64,000 bases of DNA from Alphaproteobacteria bacterium (GTDB lineage: Bacteria; Pseudomonadota; Alphaproteobacteria; UBA828), in assembly GCA_965237415.1 (NCBI GenBank), contig CBDEFM010000001.1, positions 608,001-672,000 of the forward strand, in the 5' to 3' direction. Shown one piece after another: positions 9,600-19,667 of this stretch. The notes below the pieces were generated by a model. The model searched no databases and had not been told where the DNA came from. It saw nothing but the letters and a program-made list of their open reading frames with translations. The stretch's first letter is position 1. Every line of letters begins with the position of its first letter. The translations under genes were made by a program, and so were the position numbers.

Positions 9600-10889
9600 A
9601 TGCGCATCGACGGTCGTGGACGATTCCGCCAAGGCGGAGTACCCGGCCGCAAGCGCAGAACTTTCGCTCGCGCGGTTTCGCCCGCTCACCCGGTCGAGGA
9701 ACACGCCGTGGAGTCCATCCCTTCGGTTTCCGGCCTGGACGGCCTCCGTCCCGAACTGGTCGAGCGCATCAACCGCCCCACCGTCGATGCGGCCGGCCTG
9801 CCGAACGACGCCTATACCTCGTGGAGATTTCTGGCGCTGGAGCGCGATCGTCTGTTCTCCCCGACCTGGACCTGCATCGGTCACGCCTGCACGATCCCCG
9901 CGCCCGGCGATGCGCGCCCGGTCGAGCTCCTGGGTCAACCCCTGCTCATGCTGCGCGACGAGGCCGGCGGGGTGCGCGTCTTCCACAACGTGTGCAGCCA
10001 CCGCGGCAATCGGCTCGCAGGCGAGCCCTGCCGCTTCCGCGGGCGAATCCGCTGCCCTTACCACGCATGGACCTATGCCCTGGACGGCGAGCTCCTGGTC
10101 ACTCCGCACATCGGCGGGCCCGGGCGGCACGAGAACGACAGCTTCGACCGCCGTGCCCACGGATTGAAGGCGATACGCGCGGCGGTGTGGCTGGATCTCG
10201 TATTCGTGAACCTGGGCGGCGACGCGCCTCCCTTCGAGCAGCACATCGCCCCGCTCGCCGAGCGCGTCTACGGGCTTGCGCACCGGACCCAGATCGAACG
10301 GATGCGACCTGCCGCGACCCACGGCAGCTTCCAGCTCGAGTTCGACGGCAACTGGAAGCTCGTTGTCGAGAACAACCTCGAGAGCTACCACCTGCCGTTC
10401 GTGCACCGGGACCTCAACCGCCGATCGCGCCTCCAGGACCACTACCACTACTACGGCGGCGACCTGTTTGCGGGACAGGGGTCGAACCTGTACCGACCGG
10501 GCGCGGGCGAGGCCGCCGCCGGATTCCACCGCTTCGAGGGCTGGCCGGAAGGGGTGTCGGAGTACCCCACCGTGTTCCCGAACCTCCTGCTCGGCGTTCA
10601 CGACGACCACATATGGTCCATTGTGCTCTTTCCGCTCTCACCCGACCGGACGAGGGAGCACTGGCAGATCTACTATGTCGGGGAGACGGCGGGCGACCCC
10701 GCCCACGACGCGGCGCGCGCCGCGACGCAGGAAGCATGGCGCAACGTCTTCCTGGAGGATCAGGGAGTGGTCGAGGGCATGCAGCGCGGACGCGGCTCGC
10801 CCGCCTTTCTCGGGGGTGTGTTCTCCGGCGTCATGGACGAGCCGACCCACCACTTCCACAAGTGGATCGCGAACCGGCTGGCCGCCTGA
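9600..10889 (+). CDS. Rieske non-heme iron oxygenase alpha subunit (choline monooxygenase-like); start uncertain (9600 or GTG 9708)
   Basis: Rieske motif NVCSHRG...CPYHAWTY, NWKLVVENNLESYHLPFVH, EDQGVVEGMQRG. Confidence 0.9.
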   Translation: MRIDGRGRFRQGGVPGRKRRTFARAVSPAHPVEEHAVESIPSVSGLDGLRPELVERINRPTVDAAGLPNDAYTSWRFLALERDRLFSPTWTCIGHACTIPAPGDARPVELLGQPLLMLRDEAGGVRVFHNVCSHRGNRLAGEPCRFRGRIRCPYHAWTYALDGELLVTPHIGGPGRHENDSFDRRAHGLKAIRAAVWLDLVFVNLGGDAPPFEQHIAPLAERVYGLAHRTQIERMRPAATHGSFQLEFDGNWKLVVENNLESYHLPFVHRDLNRRSRLQDHYHYYGGDLFAGQGSNLYRPGAGEAAAGFHRFEGWPEGVSEYPTVFPNLLLGVHDDHIWSIVLFPLSPDRTREHWQIYYVGETAGDPAHDAARAATQEAWRNVFLEDQGVVEGMQRGRGSPAFLGGVFSGVMDEPTHHFHKWIANRLAA

Positions 10890-10964
10890 ACCGGCGTCCG
10901 CGTCCAACTGGGCGCTTTCAATATTGCCTGGAGGGCGTTCCTGCTCGCGGGTACCGGGGCAGGT

Positions 10965-12041
10965 TCACGGCACGACCACGATGTTCCCGACGTGGCGCTT
11001 GTCGATGAACGCCCGTTGGGCGGCGCGCAGCTCGGAGAGCGGCCAGGTCGCCGCCAGCACCGGCCTGACCTCCCCCCGCTCGATGTAGCCCACGACATCC
11101 CGGAAGACATGGCCCGGCACCACGGTGGAGCCGGTGAAGGTGAGGTCGCGCAGATAGAGGCTGCGCAGGTCGAGCGCGACCGTGGGCCCGGCGATGGCGC
11201 CGGAGCAGGTGTAGCGCCCGCCGCGCGCGAGGATGTCGATCAGCGCCGGCCAGCCGGGCCCGCCGACGACATCGGCGACGACCGTGACCGTCTCGCCCTC
11301 CAACGCCCCGCGCAAATCCCCGGGCGCACGCGGCAGGATCCGGTCGGGGTCGAGCCTTGCCACCTCGGCGTGCTTGGCCTCGGACGCCATGGCGATCGCC
11401 CGCGCGCCGCGGCGTTTCGCGAGCTGGACCAGCGCGCCCCCCACTCCGCCCGACGCGCCGGGAACCAGCACGGTGTCTCCCGCTCCCACGCGCGCGCGGT
11501 TCAGCATGCCTTCGGCCGTGGTGTAGGAGCAGGAGAAGGTCGCAAGCTCGGCGTCGCTCAAGTTGCACTCGACGACCGCCAGGTTGCGCATGTCGCACTT
11601 GGTGTACTCGGCGAAGCCGCCGTCGATCTCCGATCCGAAATAGCCCGCCTTGTCCAGGTTTTCCGGGTCCGACCGGTCGCGCTGCCAGCCGTCGACCATG
11701 ACCCGCTTGCCGACCAGGCCGGAATCGGCGCCCTCGCCCACGGCGACCACATTGCCCACGACATCCGCGCCCTGGATGCGCGGGAAGCGGATGCGCCGGC
11801 CGCCCCAGCCGGCGTCGCCGGCATCGAGCCCGGCGCGGGCGTCGCCGGTCGTGGCGTCCGTCACGGTCCGGGAATACCAGCCGGTGCGGGTATTGACGTC
11901 GGTGTTGTTCAGCCCGCAGGCGCCGACCGCGATCAGCACCTCCATCGGTCCGGGCACCGGCACGGGCCAGTCCTCGCGCCATTCGTACCGGTCGAGGCCG
12001 CCGTGACCGGTGAGCACCATCGCCTTCATCGCGCGGCTCAT
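10965..12041 (-). CDS. Medium-chain (Zn-type) alcohol dehydrogenase / quinone reductase family protein
   Basis: MKAMVLTGHGG, PRIQGADVVG, DGGFAEY, GASGGVG, GNIVVVP. Confidence 0.9.
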   Translation of the reverse strand: MSRAMKAMVLTGHGGLDRYEWREDWPVPVPGPMEVLIAVGACGLNNTDVNTRTGWYSRTVTDATTGDARAGLDAGDAGWGGRRIRFPRIQGADVVGNVVAVGEGADSGLVGKRVMVDGWQRDRSDPENLDKAGYFGSEIDGGFAEYTKCDMRNLAVVECNLSDAELATFSCSYTTAEGMLNRARVGAGDTVLVPGASGGVGGALVQLAKRRGARAIAMASEAKHAEVARLDPDRILPRAPGDLRGALEGETVTVVADVVGGPGWPALIDILARGGRYTCSGAIAGPTVALDLRSLYLRDLTFTGSTVVPGHVFRDVVGYIERGEVRPVLAATWPLSELRAAQRAFIDKRHVGNIVVVP

Positions 12042-12064
12042 CGGCAGCCTCCTCGCTCGCATCG

Positions 12065-12245
12065 GTACCCTTGTATGGCGGTTCGTCGCTCGTCTCGTTG
12101 CTTACGATGGTGCGCAGACGGTTGGCGTGCGGACCGTCCTCCGCAAGCCGTCCGGCCAGGGTGCGGATGAGTTCGCGGTCGCTCTCGCGGCCGAGAACCT
12201 CGAAGCGGACCAAGCCGCGTTCGCTCAGACGGCGGCGGTTTCGGC
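12065..12245 (-). pseudogene. Fragment of a small antitoxin-like plasmid protein
   Basis: RRRLSERGLVRFEVLGRESDRELIRTLAGRLAEDGP..RLR resembles small proteins encoded next to PIN toxins; both ends are missing. Confidence 0.4.
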
Positions 12246-13170
12246 GCGTGGCCGAAGCGGGCGGGGGGTGCCTTGCGGTTGCGCGTCCAGCGGATCCGGT
12301 CGCCGGCGCGCAACTCGATCCGCTCGGTGTCGTAGAGGCCCAGATAGCGCGCCGCATTGCCCGAGGGCCGGAACCGGCGTTCGCCGTCCGGATGGGCCAG
12401 CACGACCATGCCGTCGTCGTGGCCCATGACGATGCAGACGTCGTTCGCGCGGCAGCCGTAGACGTCGCGATGGAACACGATGGTGTCGCCGGGCTCGTAG
12501 CTCCGGATGTCGGAGGCCTGCACCCGGGTGAGCTGCCGGTTGACCAGGCGATCGACGGCGAGTGTGCGGCCCCGCAGCACGCCTTCCTCGGCCAGCCCCT
12601 CGCGCACGGTGTCGTTCGCCTGCCGGCAGATCGCGTGCGTGGGAGCGAAGATCAGGGTGTCCGCCCGATGCTCCGGCGCCAGCGCGAGCCAGCGACGTCC
12701 CGCCTCCAACCCAAGCTCCTCCGGAGGCGCCTCGCGCACCCGATTGCCCAGCTCCGCGATCGCCGCGCCCGGCTCCCCCTCCCGGGCAAGACCCACCGCA
12801 GCCCGCAGCTCCGGGTCGCGCTGGCGCTTCACCTCCTTCATCGTCGCTGTCGACATGCCCGCCTTCTGCAGCAGCCGGAAGGGCTGCCCCGCATCCACCG
12901 CCTTCAACTGTTTGGTGTCGCCCACCAGCGCGACCCGCGCCACATCCAGTGCGCGCGCGACGCGCAGTAGCGCCTCCATGCGAACGCTGCCGATCATCGA
13001 GGCCTCGTCCACCGCCAGAACCGCGCCCCCGTACTCCGCCCGGCCCCGCGCCAGCCGCTCCGGGTCGGAGAGGTCGCCGAAGCGGGTCAGGAAGTATTGC
13101 AGCGTTCGCGAGGGGATGCCGGCCTCATTGGCCAGAACCCGGGCGGCGGCGGCCGACGGCGCCAGGCCCT
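12245..13170 (-). pseudogene. Internal fragment of a MOBF (TrwC-like) relaxase helicase domain
   Basis: GLAPSAAAAR, AVDEASM, LVGDTKQLKAVDAGQPF, ELRAGDRIRWTRN; a diverged paralog of 30675-33623. Confidence 0.88.
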
Positions 13171-13192
13171 GTATCCTCCGCTCTGCGGCCTT

Positions 13193-13980
13193 GATGGGCG
13201 TAGAGCAGGCGCGCCGCAAGTGCCTCGCCGTAGAGACCGAAGCGGGGTCCGAGCGGACGAAGCGCGGAGCGGTTCCGACGTTCGGGGACTTCTGTGCTGG
13301 TCCGGTGAAGGCGCGGCTCGACAATCTCAAGCCTTCGACACGGAAGAGTGCGGGCTGGGTCTTGCGTGGGAACTTGCTTCCGGCCTTCGGCTCGCTGCCG
13401 CTCGACCGGATCACCCCTGCGGCCGTGCACCGTTGGTTCGACGCGTACAGCCGGACTGCGCCGGGCGGGGCCAACTGCGCGTTGAGCGTACTCCGCCGGA
13501 TACTGAACCAGGCGGTTGAAATCGGTCATCTCGACACGAACCCGGCCAGGGGCGTCAAGCGGAACCCCCGCCCGAAGCTCACGCGCTTCCTGTCGCGCGA
13601 GGAGATCCGTCGCCTCCACCAGGAGCTGGACGACTATGGCAGTGCGCGGCCCTCACGGGCGCGGCAGGCGGACATCATCCGCCTTCTGTTGCTGACCGGC
13701 TGCCGGAGGGGCGAGATCCTGACCATGCGCTGGCAGGACATCGACGGGGACACGCTCGACCTGGTCGACGCCAAGACCGGTCCGGGAAAGGTCCTTCTGA
13801 GCGCCCCGGCCCGGGCCATCCTGGAGCAGCAGCCACGGTCCGGGAGCGCCTACGTCTTCCCCTCGCCTCTCGACCCTGGACAGCCGCTGTCGCCCGGCCT
13901 GGGGCTCTGGCGCGAGGTCCGCAATACGGCCGGCATCGAAGACGTGCGGCTTCACGACCTGCGACACACTTGTGCCAGCG
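13193..13980 (+). pseudogene. Tyrosine recombinase/integrase, truncated at both ends
   Basis: NPARGVK, RFLSREEI, LLLLTGCRRGEI, RLHDLRHT; the LGH and catalytic Tyr region is absent. Confidence 0.88.
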
Positions 13981-14428
13981 CTTGGGAACTTCCTACGCCG
14001 CCCAATCATCTAACGCATTATTTTTCCACGATATTTTTACCTTTATGTCAGGCGGCCTGACCCGTCGTACAGATTTGCGTAAGCGTTTTGAAACCGATCT
14101 GATCCGTAATCCTGCCCACTCAATTCGCAATTGTCCTTTGGCCCGCCCAACGCCCCGATTCCGGATGTATCCGTTTCCTCGGCCGGGTGGGGGACTGCAC
14201 GGTTTGACTTTGTGCGCGTCCGCTGAGCAAAGAGATCAGTTGGTTACGCGTGGCCACCTCTCTGGCCTTCGGAACGCTTACGACCAGCGCTGGGGCGAGC
14301 GACAACTTGGTGTCCCATCAGAATGTGATGGACGACCCGTCCTGACCGACCATAGGGGTGTGGACCGTGCCACGGTATACCGTCCGGGGCGTGAACGCAG
14401 TGTACGGGAGCCCCTACAAGTACCGTCT

Positions 14429-15208
14429 CTAGAAGCCAACGAGACCAGCCGGCCTACCGAGGAGAATCTCATTGCTCTCCGAGCGCCCAACCCTGAAAGC
14501 CAGAAACCCCTTCTCGCTGTCCTCACAGACGAACACGAGAGAGCTTCCTATCTCCGGCCTGCGACCATCCACGGACGGTGCGAGCCGGCGCAATGCATCG
14601 GTCCTAAAGAGCGGGCTAAATCCCTTGCCTACGTCAAGCTCCGTCTTGACGGGAGCAAAATACACCCGCGACAGCAACTCGTAGAGGGCACCGAAGTCGC
14701 GCTTCGCCTCGCGGTAGATTCTTTCGTCGTCAACCGTCAACAGGCGATGCGCTAACACGTCGCGCCGCCCTACGAGCTCGCGCCATGACACTTCGCCCTG
14801 GGACGCCTCGGGGATTTCGAAGAACAACTGTGCCAGACCCGACCCCTTGCGCTTGAGGCAGTTGTCGACCTGCTTGATGGCCTCGCACGTGTCCTCCACG
14901 TACTTCTTGAGGGCCGTCAGCAGGTCGGGGTCCTTCGGGCTGTCCGTGCGGTCCATGCGAGCCATGACGCCGAGAGCACTACGACAGCTACGTGCCGCGC
15001 GCGCCATCAGTTCCTCTAGGCGGACGCAGGTCTCTGAAACCTCCTCCTCTGCCCCGATCCTCCAGACGATTTGCGACTGCTCCAGGAGGCTCGCCAATTC
15101 TACCTCGGTCGCGCCGTGCTCCACCATCCGGGCCAGTAGTCGCTTTCGGTCGCCACCACCTTCGTTCATCGTTAGAAAGCCCCCTAGCCGACCTGTCAGC
15201 ATATGCAT
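14429..15208 (-). CDS. HEPN (HepT/DUF86-like) domain protein with N- and C-terminal extensions
   Basis: WRELVGRRDVLAHRLLTVDDERIY matches the DUF86 W..I.G.R..LAH.Y..VD...IW pattern (Rx4H). Confidence 0.65.
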   Translation of the reverse strand: MHMLTGRLGGFLTMNEGGGDRKRLLARMVEHGATEVELASLLEQSQIVWRIGAEEEVSETCVRLEELMARAARSCRSALGVMARMDRTDSPKDPDLLTALKKYVEDTCEAIKQVDNCLKRKGSGLAQLFFEIPEASQGEVSWRELVGRRDVLAHRLLTVDDERIYREAKRDFGALYELLSRVYFAPVKTELDVGKGFSPLFRTDALRRLAPSVDGRRPEIGSSLVFVCEDSEKGFLAFRVGRSESNEILLGRPAGLVGF

Positions 15209-15501
15209 CCGTTCACTCGAGGTCCACCGCTGCTAACCACCCGTCAATGTTCCGTACGGCCCGTGAGCGCGACTCTCTAGCCCGACTTGAGCGCGCTTCA
15301 GCACCCCCTTCTTTGCCGCGCTTGATCTCACTCCAACCCGGGAGAGATATCATCGCCTGTGCGCTAGGCAATGCCGACGGGTGAGATCGGTGCCGGGGCC
15401 AGCAGCGATCCTCTGTCTTACCTGATTGTGGTCCCTTTCGCGCACCGAATCGAGGGCGATGAGGTGCGTGTCATGGAGGATCGTTGGTTTGACGAGCAAC
15501 T

Positions 15502-15672
15502 TTCGGGCTGCCGGGCCGAACAGGCGCGGCTGCGAACCGCCGAGCGGCTGGTCAGGTTGCTCGCAGTGTTCTGCATCCTGAGCTGGCGCGTGTTCTGGTT
15601 GACGATGCTCAACCGGGTCAAGCCGGACCACGAACCGGCCCTGGTGCTGACCGAGTTGGAGACGTCCGCCAA
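15502..15672 (+). pseudogene. IS4-family (Tn5/IS50-like) transposase C-terminal fragment
   Basis: SGCRAEQARLRTAERLVRLLAVFCILSWRVFWLTMLNR. Confidence 0.75.
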
Positions 15673-16204
15673 GCTGTGGAATCGTCCGGCCGACGGGTGA
15701 GGTCGGAGCGCGCGGCCGACCCTGGCCTCGCCGGTGAACTCCGCCGCTTAGTCCGTGGTGATGCCGCCGATCTCGACGAGCTTGTCCACGTGCATCCGCA
15801 AGGCCTAGACCTAGGCGCTCTCGCTTTCGGTCACGACCCGTGCTTGGGCCGTGCCGGTGCCGACGTCATGGGAGAACCGCGCGACCATCGCGGTCGCTCC
15901 GGTGGCCGCCGCGGTCAGCGCCGAGGCGGCTTCGATGGACCAGTACCGCGCGAGCGTCCGCGTCTCCGCGGCGCGATCCTCGTAACTGGGCGCCAGCGAT
16001 TCCGAAGCCGGCTGCCCGCCGCTGAGATGCGGCTGGCGGCACTGCCGGCGTCGGCAACCGCCGTGTCGACGACCGCCGTTTCTAACACGCTTAAAACATG
16101 CTCTAATGAGCTGAACATCTGATTTTCAGGGTGATTGAACTCCAAACCTGAAAGCTACGATAGTGCCAGAGAACGGGACATGCTCCATAAAGATGGAGGG
16201 GTAA

Positions 16205-18349
16205 ATGCAGAGCAACTACCGACCGTCCTCCGGACTGCGCATCAATATCTCAATCGTTTGCGTCTTGGTTGCAGTCCTCGCTGCGTACCACCCCATTGCG
16301 GGCGCTCAACAGGCCGACGGTGCGGTGAGCCCGGCCGTGCCACCGGACGACGTTGCGAAGCTCGCTGAGCGCAAGCTAAAACTCGATTACGCGGCCACTC
16401 CGATTGCTCTCCGCATCGCTTTGCCTCCGGCAGATGTGGCGAGCAAGCGATCGGAGGCAGAGGCGAGAGGAGATCGACCGCTTCAGATCGGGTTCGCTCG
16501 CACCATGCCAAGCAAATTTCGGGGTGACTTGTCGCCGCTGATTGATTGGACTCCGCTTGGTGACGGCTCCATCGTCGGCGCCCTTTCGGTGACCTCTCCC
16601 GAAGCGCTGGCGATAAGGGCAGGCATTCACGCCGAGTTGGGATCGGGAGGAGAGATCCGCTTCTTTGGTAGGTATACGGCTATGGGGTACACGGAACAAG
16701 GACGCGCGAATCTGGATCTCCCCGTGATTACACAGGAGGACTTCCCGGAAGGCGAGAAGCCCGAACTCTTGTGGTCACCCACCGTGGAGGGCGATACGAT
16801 CGGGATCGAGATTACTTTGCCTTCCCAGGAAGCTCTGTCAGCCTTTTCACTCAGCATAGAGCGGCTGTCACACATTTACGTTCCGATCGGCTCGCTTGGA
16901 TACATGCTTAAGCGCCTTGACTGCAATAATCACATCGACGTTCAGTGCCCCGACAGGATCTCTCCGCAATCTGGAGAAGATGCGGTGGCACTCATCTCCT
17001 ACGTGAAGAGCGGTAATAGCTATATTTGTTCCGGCACCTTGATAAGAAATAGATTCTTCAGTCCCTTATTCTTGACGGCAAACCACTGCGTTTCGACAGG
17101 GACCGTGGCGCGGACGGTTGATGCTTGGTGGTTCTATCAGGCGACGAGCTGTGGCAGCCCAAAAATTGATCGTCGATTTGCGCGAACTAACAGCGGCACC
17201 CTTCTGCTGGAAACCAGCGTCGCCCAAGATTCGACGCTGCTTCGGTTCAGAAGAAGACTACCCGGAGGACTGTTTTATTCTGGCTGGTTCAGTGGTGCCT
17301 TGAACCATAAGAGCAAGGTGTATGGGATTCATCATCCGGACGGAGGCATCAAGAAGTACTCTGAGGGGAAGATTACCGGCCAAAGAAATCAAAGAATATG
17401 TCAGGATCCACGAAACGAAATAGGCTGCTTCACCCTACAAAACGCCATAAGTGTGGATTGGAGCAAAGGGACAACGGAGGGCGGCAGCAGCGGGTCGGGC
17501 CTGTTTGACCCCGGGACGAAGTTGCCCCAAGTACTAATCGGAGTTCTTTCTGGCGGGAGTGGAGCATGCGAAACAAGGATAGCTTATTACGGGCCATTCG
17601 CAGATTTTCATCCAAAGATAAGTCACTGGCTGTCGCATGACCATCTTCGGTCTTCTGCGCTCCCGCTGGTCATGTCGGCGTCCAACGCCGTTGGGCAAGG
17701 ATTGGTCCGGATCATCAATCGTTCCGATGTCGATGGAAGCGTAGAAATCCAAGCCATTGACGATGTGGGCGGGAGCCCCACACCGATTAGACTGTCGCTG
17801 GACGCATATGAGGCGGTGCAGTTAAACTCCAAGGACCTGGAAAGAGATACAGGGTCTGGTATCGGCGACTGGAGACTGGAACTGACCTCGGACGTGAATA
17901 TCGCTCCATTCGCGTACATTCAAACCCCGGACGGTGTCGTAACCAGCATTCACCAAGTGGCGGCGAAGTCCCATGGGGAGAAATCAAACGGCTTACTCGT
18001 GCCATTCTTCAACCCAGGGAGCGATACTAAACAGCGGAGTTTTCTGCGCATGATCAACCCCATCGACATAAACGTTAACGTGCAAATCTATGGACGTGAC
18101 GATTGGGGCAGTAGATCCCTCGATGTGCATGTCACTCTAAAGGCCAGAGAGGCCTGTACAGTTAGCTCGCAGGAACTGGAATCAGGTCAAGGTTCAGCCG
18201 ACCCATTCAGCAGTTGCCAAAACGCACCGACGGGGAAGCTTGGAAACGGCAGGGGTAAGTGGCGACTGATCGTCGTCCCAGACCATCCGATCCAAGTCAT
18301 GGGTCTGTTGCTAAGCCCAACGGGGGTTCTCACTAACCTCTCGCGGTAA
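16205..18349 (+). CDS. Secreted trypsin-like (S1, lysyl endopeptidase-like) serine protease with two C-terminal repeat domains
   Basis: Signal-like N-terminus, prodomain, CSGTLI, LTANHC (His), DSTLL (Asp), IHHP.G..K, TEGGSSGSGL (Ser). Confidence 0.9.
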   Translation: MQSNYRPSSGLRINISIVCVLVAVLAAYHPIAGAQQADGAVSPAVPPDDVAKLAERKLKLDYAATPIALRIALPPADVASKRSEAEARGDRPLQIGFARTMPSKFRGDLSPLIDWTPLGDGSIVGALSVTSPEALAIRAGIHAELGSGGEIRFFGRYTAMGYTEQGRANLDLPVITQEDFPEGEKPELLWSPTVEGDTIGIEITLPSQEALSAFSLSIERLSHIYVPIGSLGYMLKRLDCNNHIDVQCPDRISPQSGEDAVALISYVKSGNSYICSGTLIRNRFFSPLFLTANHCVSTGTVARTVDAWWFYQATSCGSPKIDRRFARTNSGTLLLETSVAQDSTLLRFRRRLPGGLFYSGWFSGALNHKSKVYGIHHPDGGIKKYSEGKITGQRNQRICQDPRNEIGCFTLQNAISVDWSKGTTEGGSSGSGLFDPGTKLPQVLIGVLSGGSGACETRIAYYGPFADFHPKISHWLSHDHLRSSALPLVMSASNAVGQGLVRIINRSDVDGSVEIQAIDDVGGSPTPIRLSLDAYEAVQLNSKDLERDTGSGIGDWRLELTSDVNIAPFAYIQTPDGVVTSIHQVAAKSHGEKSNGLLVPFFNPGSDTKQRSFLRMINPIDINVNVQIYGRDDWGSRSLDVHVTLKAREACTVSSQELESGQGSADPFSSCQNAPTGKLGNGRGKWRLIVVPDHPIQVMGLLLSPTGVLTNLSR

Positions 18350-18553
18350 ACACAACGGGCTGTGTGTTGGCACACAAATAAATGAGTTATGGTTGAAAGT
18401 TGGCGACGGAGTGAAGTGAACGCCGCGTATCCTGGCGAAGACTTATCCCTTCGCCCCCGGTGCTACGAGATATTGATTCTGTCTTCAGCCGTCGGGTATC
18501 GCCGAAGCGTCGTTCGCCGCGTGGGGGCGCCGACCGGCCGCGCCTTCGCGTTC

Positions 18554-18648
18554 CCGGTATACGTATAGCCGTCCGGGCGGTGGCGCTGCCGGAACCGTCG
18601 CTGCGCCGGTCCCGACCACGGCCCGTGCTTCCGGTATACGTATGGCCG
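18554..18648. repeat. Two 18-bp quasi-palindromic direct repeats CCGGTATACGTATRGCCG
   Basis: Copies at 18554-18571 and 18631-18648. Confidence 0.75.
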
Positions 18649-18688
18649 GCCGGTGTACCGCGTCCGACGGCGCACTACCCTGCCTCGA

Positions 18689-18925
18689 ATGAGACGGGAC
18701 AAGATCGACGAAGCCGTGCTTGCGCTCCTCCCGGGAATCCATGAGCGCCACCCGATGACGGACGCGTGGACGTGGAAGTCCTTCTACTGGGACGCGATGG
18801 ACCGTCTCCACGGCAAGGGTTCGATCTCCAGTCCGGTCGGCAAGGCCAGGTCGGTGGTGTTGATCGAAGCGGGCCTGCGCGAGGCGGAAGCGGCGTTTCA
18901 CCGGCTGTTCGGGCCGCACGACTGA
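18689..18925 (+). CDS. DUF6429-like small winged-helix protein
   Basis: DKIDEAVLALL...WKSF.WDAMDRLH.KG.I..PVGKARSV.L...G. Confidence 0.7.
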   Translation: MRRDKIDEAVLALLPGIHERHPMTDAWTWKSFYWDAMDRLHGKGSISSPVGKARSVVLIEAGLREAEAAFHRLFGPHD

Positions 18926-19257
18926 GCCGCCCGCCGGTTCGGCGCAACCGGCGCGGTCATCGCCCGGCACTCCCGGCCCCCTCGACTCCGACCGTCCCGA
19001 GGACGGCGCGCGCCTCATGGCTGGCCCGCCGCCGCCCGCGTCCCCACGGTGCGGTCTCGCGCATCTCCCGCAAGCCGCCCATCGCGGGCGAACCCCCGGC
19101 CCGGTCCCGATCCGCCGATAGCGCCGGGTCCGTGCCGTCGTGCGCGATCGTGCCCCGTGCCGCGGAGAGGAGAGTCTGGCCGTGAGCGGGGCGGCGGATG
19201 GATGTCCGGGAGGATGTCCGCGCCGTTCCCGTTCACCAGTCCGAAGGAGACGGCCCC

Positions 19258-19581
19258 ATGCAGCCAGCCCAGGCGTTTTCCGGCAACGCAACCACGTTTC
19301 TCACGCACATCGTCGGCCGCGGCCTCGACGACGAGCGCTACGTCGTCGAGCGCTTCAAGTCGATGCTCGACGGCGACATCCGCCCCGTCGAGGCCGAGGC
19401 GCCGAAGGGCAAGCGCCGGCGCAAGGCCAGGCACACCCTCGCGTCCCGGGAGGAAGTGAAGGAGATGCGCCCTGGACGCAACGAGATCATCATCTGCACC
19501 GGCCTGCGCCTCAAGGGCGGCGTCCAGTACTGGGGAGTTTTCGCGACCTCTCTTTTCCACGACCGCCGGCAGAAGGGCTGA
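19258..19581 (+). CDS. Hypothetical protein (leading region)
   Basis: AAGGAG RBS, high-GC3 codon usage. Confidence 0.65.
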   Translation: MQPAQAFSGNATTFLTHIVGRGLDDERYVVERFKSMLDGDIRPVEAEAPKGKRRRKARHTLASREEVKEMRPGRNEIIICTGLRLKGGVQYWGVFATSLFHDRRQKG

Positions 19582-19667
19582 GCGCGCGCTCAGCGGACGT
19601 CCGGACGGCCCTGCGCCGGCCGGACGTCCTCCGCCTGGATATCGACACCGGCAGGGAGGACACCCCG

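Noticed and set aside
8169-10610. 813-aa fusion ORF
   Set aside because: Only the last 351 aa are the desulfhydrase; the rest is antisense to the Rieske gene plus the HlyD scrap.
12038-14060. Relaxase-integrase overlapping or fusion genes
   Set aside because: Back-to-back truncated fragments on opposite strands whose frames happen to stay open.
14046-14100. TGTCAGGCGGCCTGAC palindrome after the integrase fragment as an att site
   Set aside because: No partner copy found in the window.
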